This document shows positions 23,050-27,761 of a stretch of 27,761 nucleotides of DNA, piece by piece (within the stretch, counting starts at the first letter, position 1; each line of letters opens with the position of its first letter). Below the pieces are notes generated by a model, which searched no databases, was not told where the DNA came from, and worked only from the letters and a program-made list of their open reading frames with translations. The stretch lies in IMG/VR virus record IMGVR_UViG_3300005512_000264, positions 1-27,761 of that record; one strand, 5' to 3'. Source of the stretch: a virus (lineage: Duplodnaviria > Caudoviricetes). Made by a program: the position numbers and the translations under genes.

Positions 23050-24548
23050 TGGTCGCCACAACTCTCGCCGAATTGGTCGAAAATCCATACGCGGCCAAAT
23101 CGTATATTGTGATTTTGAAGCCCTACGACCCCGGCACATCGTCGACGGTCACGGTTTACCTATCGGATCGCGGCTATGTATCGGCTCCGTCTGAAACCCC
23201 GGCGAGCACTTACTTCGAGCCCAGAGTGATCGAGGCGCTGAATTTTGAACGCGCGATGTTCACATCCTCGAAGATCGGCGGAGAATCAAGGCCATCGTTC
23301 GGGGCGATTGAGCTGGCGAATGCCGACGGCGGTCTGGACGCATTTGCTGGGTATGCCTGGGACAACCGCGAGGTCGAGGTTAAGGTCGGCGAGAAGGGTG
23401 CCAATCTGTCGCAGCACTTCACCATATTCAAGGGACAATCGAAGTCAGTCGACTTCGACGACCTTGTTCTCCGGGTCGTGATTCGCGACGGCCAGGATAA
23501 GTTCACGCGCACATTTCCGCCGAATACCTACGCCGGCACCGGGGGGAATGAGGGTTCGGCGATTATGGAGGGCGTCGCGAAACCGATCTGCCTGGGGGAG
23601 GTATTCAATATCACGCCGATTCTGGTCGATGACTCGAACGCGGCCGCGAAGGTGTACCAGGTGCATGACGGGCAGATCGAATCGATTGTCGCGGTATATG
23701 AGAATGGAGTCGCGACGACCAACCTCACCGCCGACCTGACGAATGGGCGCTTCACCATGACGGCGGCAGTCGCCGGGAATTTAACGTGCGACGTTAAAGG
23801 CGCCAAGCCGGGCGGCACATACAAGGAGACCGCTGCCGATATCATTCGGTTCCTGGCGGCTGAATATGGCGGACTGACCGATCCCGATGATCTCGATACC
23901 GCATCATTTGCCGATCTCAATACGGCGAACAGCGCGCCGGTGGGCGCTTATATCCCCACCAGGTCGAACATCCTGAACACGCTCGACAATATCGCCAATA
24001 CAGTCGGCGCATTTTATGGATTCGACCGATCCGGCAAGCTCAACGTCGGCCGGGTGGCGGTTGCCAGCGGTACGCCGGACCTCGAGCTGGACTCGACCAA
24101 TATCATCGAGCTGGAGCGACTGCCAACCGAAATCCCGACGTCGACGGTCATCGTGAAATACAAGAAAAATCACACCGTATTCGACGAGGACGCGCTCGAT
24201 AGTGGCGCAGCGGACCCTGATTTTTTCCAGCGGGAGGGCGCCAGCGTAGTCGCGACCGACTCGGCCGTTGCGGCGATTTACCCAAATGCGAAGTTTCTGG
24301 AGCTCGATTCGGCATTTGCCGCATCGGCCGGGGCATCGGCGGAGGCGACCCGGCTGCTGAATCTTTACAAGGTGCAACGGGACATTTATCGAATCCGCTG
24401 CAAGGCGCAGCCGTTTACGCTGAAGCTCGGGGACGTCGTAAAGGTGACGTTTTCGCGGTATTCTCTCGATTCGGGGAAATTGTTTTCGGTTGTGTCGCTT
24501 TTTGAGGACGCGGCGGTCAATGAAGTAGAGCTGGAGCTGTGGGGCTGA
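23049..24548 (+). CDS. Tail tip/baseplate hub-like protein
   Basis: Directly after tape measure. Beta-rich. C-terminal LKLGDVVKVT motif typical of hub proteins. Confidence 0.7.
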   Translation: MVATTLAELVENPYAAKSYIVILKPYDPGTSSTVTVYLSDRGYVSAPSETPASTYFEPRVIEALNFERAMFTSSKIGGESRPSFGAIELANADGGLDAFAGYAWDNREVEVKVGEKGANLSQHFTIFKGQSKSVDFDDLVLRVVIRDGQDKFTRTFPPNTYAGTGGNEGSAIMEGVAKPICLGEVFNITPILVDDSNAAAKVYQVHDGQIESIVAVYENGVATTNLTADLTNGRFTMTAAVAGNLTCDVKGAKPGGTYKETAADIIRFLAAEYGGLTDPDDLDTASFADLNTANSAPVGAYIPTRSNILNTLDNIANTVGAFYGFDRSGKLNVGRVAVASGTPDLELDSTNIIELERLPTEIPTSTVIVKYKKNHTVFDEDALDSGAADPDFFQREGASVVATDSAVAAIYPNAKFLELDSAFAASAGASAEATRLLNLYKVQRDIYRIRCKAQPFTLKLGDVVKVTFSRYSLDSGKLFSVVSLFEDAAVNEVELELWG

Positions 24549-24549
24549 T

Positions 24550-25404
24550 ATGTCGAGCATGATGATTTCAAGCGAAAACCGCATCGATGATGCGACATCG
24601 CTGACGGCTGATTCGGAGGTTTCAACGCTGCCGATCGCAAACGTGCAGGATCGCCAGCTCGTCAAGGTTTACCGCTCCGATGCGGCGACAACGATCCAGA
24701 TCGACGCGAATTTTGGGTCCGGCAAGGTGATCGATTTTGTCGCAATTATCCGCCACAACATCACGCAGTCGGGAACGGTGCGGGTCAGATTGTCTACGGT
24801 GTCAGATTTTTCGACAACTGTTTATGACAGCGGAACGGCGAAAGCCTGGCCGATCATCGAGGAGTTCGGAACGCTTCCCTGGGGTGTTTTTTCCTGGGGC
24901 GGATTCCTGAACCCATCGGTTGCGGCGGATTATACGATCTCGACTTATCGAGTATTGACGAGCCCGGTCGTCGCCCAGTATTTGCGGATTGATATTGTCG
25001 ACCCCACCAACACCGATGGATATATTGAAATCGGGCGCCTGATATCCGGGCCGGCATATAGACCGTCACAAAATTATTCATTCGGCGCTGAATTTGAGTT
25101 CGTTGACGAGTCTCGGGTGGTAAAATCACGAGGGGGGCAGACGTTCATCGATGAGGTCGAGCGATTCCGGCGGGTGTCTTTTGAGCTGATAAACATCCCG
25201 GAGGCGGAGATTTTCTCGAACGTCTTTAATAGCATCGACCGTCGGCGCGGGATTGCGAAAGATATCCTAGTGATCCCGCAGCCGAATGATGAAGCGACAT
25301 TTGTCACGCAGAACATATACGGGCGCCTAGTCTCGACGACCCCGATCCAGAATCGAACGATGGAGTATTACGGGCGACAACTTGAAATAGAGGAATTGAT
25401 CTAA
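24550..25404 (+). CDS. Minor tail protein (distal tail / carbohydrate-binding-like N-terminus)
   Basis: AQYLRIDIVD...YIEIGRL and D.S....SRGG motifs. Position between hub and fibre. Confidence 0.7.
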   Translation: MSSMMISSENRIDDATSLTADSEVSTLPIANVQDRQLVKVYRSDAATTIQIDANFGSGKVIDFVAIIRHNITQSGTVRVRLSTVSDFSTTVYDSGTAKAWPIIEEFGTLPWGVFSWGGFLNPSVAADYTISTYRVLTSPVVAQYLRIDIVDPTNTDGYIEIGRLISGPAYRPSQNYSFGAEFEFVDESRVVKSRGGQTFIDEVERFRRVSFELINIPEAEIFSNVFNSIDRRRGIAKDILVIPQPNDEATFVTQNIYGRLVSTTPIQNRTMEYYGRQLEIEELI

Positions 25405-27323
25405 TGGCATATCCGGTCACATTAAACGGCAGAACGTATACCCTGGCGGATTTCGAGGGTACCAATTACGTCGACGGATTACCCGACGCATTCGAGGATT
25501 TTGTCACTCACGCCGGGGACATCTATAACGACACATCGACGACTTCCACCTCCATCGGCACCGGATCAAAAACCTTCACGGTGAGCTCAGGGAAGCCATA
25601 CCAGGCCGGCACTCCGCTGCGAATCGCGGACGCTGCTAACCCGGACACCAATTTCCTCGACTGTATTGTGACCAGCTACAGCGGGACAAGCCTGGTCGTT
25701 GATGTTTTTGGGTTTGCTGGAAGCGGGACGATCGCGTCCTGGACGGTCAATATCGGCGGCGCTAAAACTGTCGACGGCACTCTGGCGGTCGCCCAGGGCG
25801 GCACCGGGGCGACAACCGCATCCGATGCCCGGACAAACCTTGACGTCTACTCGAAGGCGGACGCGGATTCTCGGTTCCTCAACGTATCCGGCGAGGCGTC
25901 CAATGTCACTATGACCGGCGACGTCACCATCGGAGACACTTCCGGCGATACACTGACCGTTAACGCGACGGCGACATTCGCGAACGGCGTCTCATTCGGC
26001 GACAACGTGATCTCGGGCGATGACATTGACGGCGGAACAATCTCGAATTTTGCGTCAACAGGCATCGACGATAACGCCACTTCTACGGCACTAACGGTGA
26101 CTGATTCTGGAATAGCAGCAACGCTGACAACCGCTGCACAGCCAAACATCACTTCTGTCGGAACGCTGACAGGGTTCACCTCCACAGGCATCGACGATAA
26201 CGCCACAAGCACTGCGATTACGATTGATGCGTCTGAGAATGTTGGTATTGGTACGATTTTGCCTACTGTGGCCTTGGATGTGGTTGGCACTGCAAAAATC
26301 CTGCGTAACACTGGAGCAACCAACACTGGCGACCAAAATAGCATCGTAGCCGGAGTCACCACAACTGGTGTGTATAACGCCTCTTATGGCGCTGGACTAC
26401 AGTTTCAGATCACAAATTCGTCGGGTGGTTACGCTGGCTCACGCATTGTCAGCAGGCTAAACGCAGACAACAACACCGCCAACTTGGTGTTCCAAGCCAG
26501 AAACTATGGTTTTTCTGACAGCATGACGCTAGATGCCAGCGGCAACGTGCTGGTTGGGAAAACTTCAGACGACATTACGGTTGCGGGCTGTCAACTTAAC
26601 GCCGACGGTGCTTTGTTGGGAACCCGCGCAAGCGGCCAGCCTATGACATTAAACAGGACAGGCACTGATGGCGACGTTGCACAATTCCGCAAAAGCGGCA
26701 CCACTGTGGGGAATATTGGTGTTATAAATTCAGATAATTTATTTATAAGCGGTTCTGTCGCAAACCATGCTGGCCTTCAATTTGGTACTAATGCAGTTGC
26801 ACCAATGGTTGCAGGCGCAAGTGTAGATGATGTAATTGATTTAGGGGCTCCATCAGAGAGATTTCAAGACCTCTACCTCTCAGGCGGCGCATACCTTGGT
26901 GGTACTGGTGCGGCTAATCATTTAGACGATTACGAGGAAGGGACATTTACACCAACAGTTTCTGGTTCCACTACAGCAGGAACGACCACATATTTACTGC
27001 AAACTGGAAGCTATACAAAAATTGGTCGAATGGTTTATGTTAACCTGATCGTCCAATACTCGTCTGCCACAGGCACAGGCTCATATCGTATCGGCGGACT
27101 GCCATTTACCTCTAGCAATGGCATTAGTGAGAATTATGCTGTTGGATCTATGTTGCCTAGCGAACTAAATTGGACTGGTGGTAGTAGCTTGATGCCACTA
27201 CAGTTTCAAAACACAGATTACATCATTCCGTATTACGTCGCAGATGATGCGGGCGCGTCTCCACAGCAAATTGTCAACGAATCGGCAAATGCAAGAATTA
27301 CCTTAGTTTATCAAGTAGCTTAA
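25404..27323 (+). CDS. Tail fibre / receptor-binding protein
   Basis: Thr/Gly/Ser-rich. VAQGGTGATTASDARTNL, NVGIGT, LDDYEEGTFTP...YTKIGRMV...IGGLPFT. Confidence 0.88.
   Translation: MAYPVTLNGRTYTLADFEGTNYVDGLPDAFEDFVTHAGDIYNDTSTTSTSIGTGSKTFTVSSGKPYQAGTPLRIADAANPDTNFLDCIVTSYSGTSLVVDVFGFAGSGTIASWTVNIGGAKTVDGTLAVAQGGTGATTASDARTNLDVYSKADADSRFLNVSGEASNVTMTGDVTIGDTSGDTLTVNATATFANGVSFGDNVISGDDIDGGTISNFASTGIDDNATSTALTVTDSGIAATLTTAAQPNITSVGTLTGFTSTGIDDNATSTAITIDASENVGIGTILPTVALDVVGTAKILRNTGATNTGDQNSIVAGVTTTGVYNASYGAGLQFQITNSSGGYAGSRIVSRLNADNNTANLVFQARNYGFSDSMTLDASGNVLVGKTSDDITVAGCQLNADGALLGTRASGQPMTLNRTGTDGDVAQFRKSGTTVGNIGVINSDNLFISGSVANHAGLQFGTNAVAPMVAGASVDDVIDLGAPSERFQDLYLSGGAYLGGTGAANHLDDYEEGTFTPTVSGSTTAGTTTYLLQTGSYTKIGRMVYVNLIVQYSSATGTGSYRIGGLPFTSSNGISENYAVGSMLPSELNWTGGSSLMPLQFQNTDYIIPYYVADDAGASPQQIVNESANARITLVYQVA
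26058..26206 (+). repeat. 23-bp exact direct repeat within tail fibre
   Basis: ACAGGCATCGACGATAACGCCAC at 26058-26080 and 26184-26206, encoding STGIDDNATSTA twice, 42 codons apart. Confidence 0.9.
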
Positions 27324-27367
27324 TTACCTCACTCGGATGATTGAGGTGGACTAAAGAGGAAACGAAA

Positions 27368-27664
27368 ATGGCATTAACAGAAAGAACAGAAGTAGACAAA
27401 ATTGAAATCGTAGGGCCGTATCGTGCTGTACAGGTGCGTACCGCTACGGTTATCTATCGTGATGACGTAGAGCTAAATCGCTCGTTTCATCGTCACGTTA
27501 TCCAAGCGGGTGAAGATTACTCCGCAGAGGATGCAGAGGTTCAAGCAGTCTGCGAGGCAGTGCATACGCCGGAAGTCATCGCGGCTTATGAGGCGCATAA
27601 AGCGTCTTTGCAACCAGAAGCGCCGGCAGAGGAGCCAGAGCATAAACCAGAGTCGGAGGACTAA
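27368..27664 (+). CDS. Tail-fibre-associated small protein (putative chaperone)
   Basis: MALTERTEVDKIEIVG...VQVRTATVI..D..EL.RSFHRHV motif, commonly found after fibres in aquatic phages. SD GAGGA before ATG 27368. Confidence 0.78.
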   Translation: MALTERTEVDKIEIVGPYRAVQVRTATVIYRDDVELNRSFHRHVIQAGEDYSAEDAEVQAVCEAVHTPEVIAAYEAHKASLQPEAPAEEPEHKPESED

Positions 27665-27761
27665 ACATGAAAGGGTTGCTGGCAGTATTGGGGTTATGGT
27701 CAGCGGTAGCATTTGGTCAGACAGTCATCCTTTACGATGACGGAACGCAATACACGCTCGG
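27639..27761 (+). repeat. 123-bp direct terminal repeat, right copy
   Basis: Identical to 1-123. Contains the duplicated start (ATG 27667) of the 29..445 gene. Confidence 0.95.

Larger units (their letters stand above)
1..27761. mobile_element. Complete circularly assembled tailed bacteriophage genome (siphovirus-like, 27,638 bp unit)
   Basis: Exact terminal redundancy. Full set of terminase, portal, capsid, tail, tape measure, lysis and replication genes, and no host housekeeping genes. Confidence 0.96.

Noticed and set aside
21615-24665. Long minus-strand ORFs opposite tail genes (e.g. 21615..22247, 23904..24665)
   Set aside because: Expected antisense shadows in GC-rich coding DNA.
25404-27664. 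Diversity-generating retroelement or invertible tail-fibre system
   Set aside because: No reverse transcriptase or invertase, and the repeat is short, exact and in frame rather than an adenine-variable TR/VR pair.
1-27761. CRISPR array, tRNA, integrase/att site, alternative genetic code
   Set aside because: No regularly spaced repeats, cloverleaf or recombinase motifs were noticed. Genes are intact under the standard code and use all three stops.

Overview
The window is an apparently complete, circularly assembled tailed-phage genome. Bases 1-123 repeat exactly at 27639-27761, giving a unit length of 27,638 bp. It looks like a small long-tailed (siphovirus-type) Caudoviricetes phage, and a CTGT-N8-ACAG SOS box suggests a gamma/betaproteobacterial host. 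Gene order: lysis module (two holin-like genes, GH24 endolysin), HNH nuclease, the only convincing minus-strand gene (YqaJ-type exonuclease) divergent from a Cro-like HTH gene, recombination/replication block (Hjc-like resolvase, Sak4-like ATPase, DUF669-type SSB, stand-alone primase zinc finger, SF4 helicase, putative origin), a small-gene operon behind a LexA box, a cos-like region, lambda-type terminase and portal, a protease-capsid fusion with nested starts, tail genes with a -1 frameshift, tape measure, tail tip and a mosaic tail fibre. I recognised no integrase, CI repressor, partition genes, DNA polymerase, primase catalytic domain or spanins. The most interesting unexplained signals are regulatory: (i) a structured 3' UTR RNA whose loops are complementary to the phage's own ribosome-binding sites, (ii) a LexA box in a phage with no visible lysogeny module, lying in the spacer of a candidate promoter aimed at the origin, (iii) a recurring 17-bp operator-like palindrome, and (iv) an HNH N-terminal domain with no canonical start, in frame with the endolysin stop. 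All family assignments come from motif recognition by eye, not database searches.
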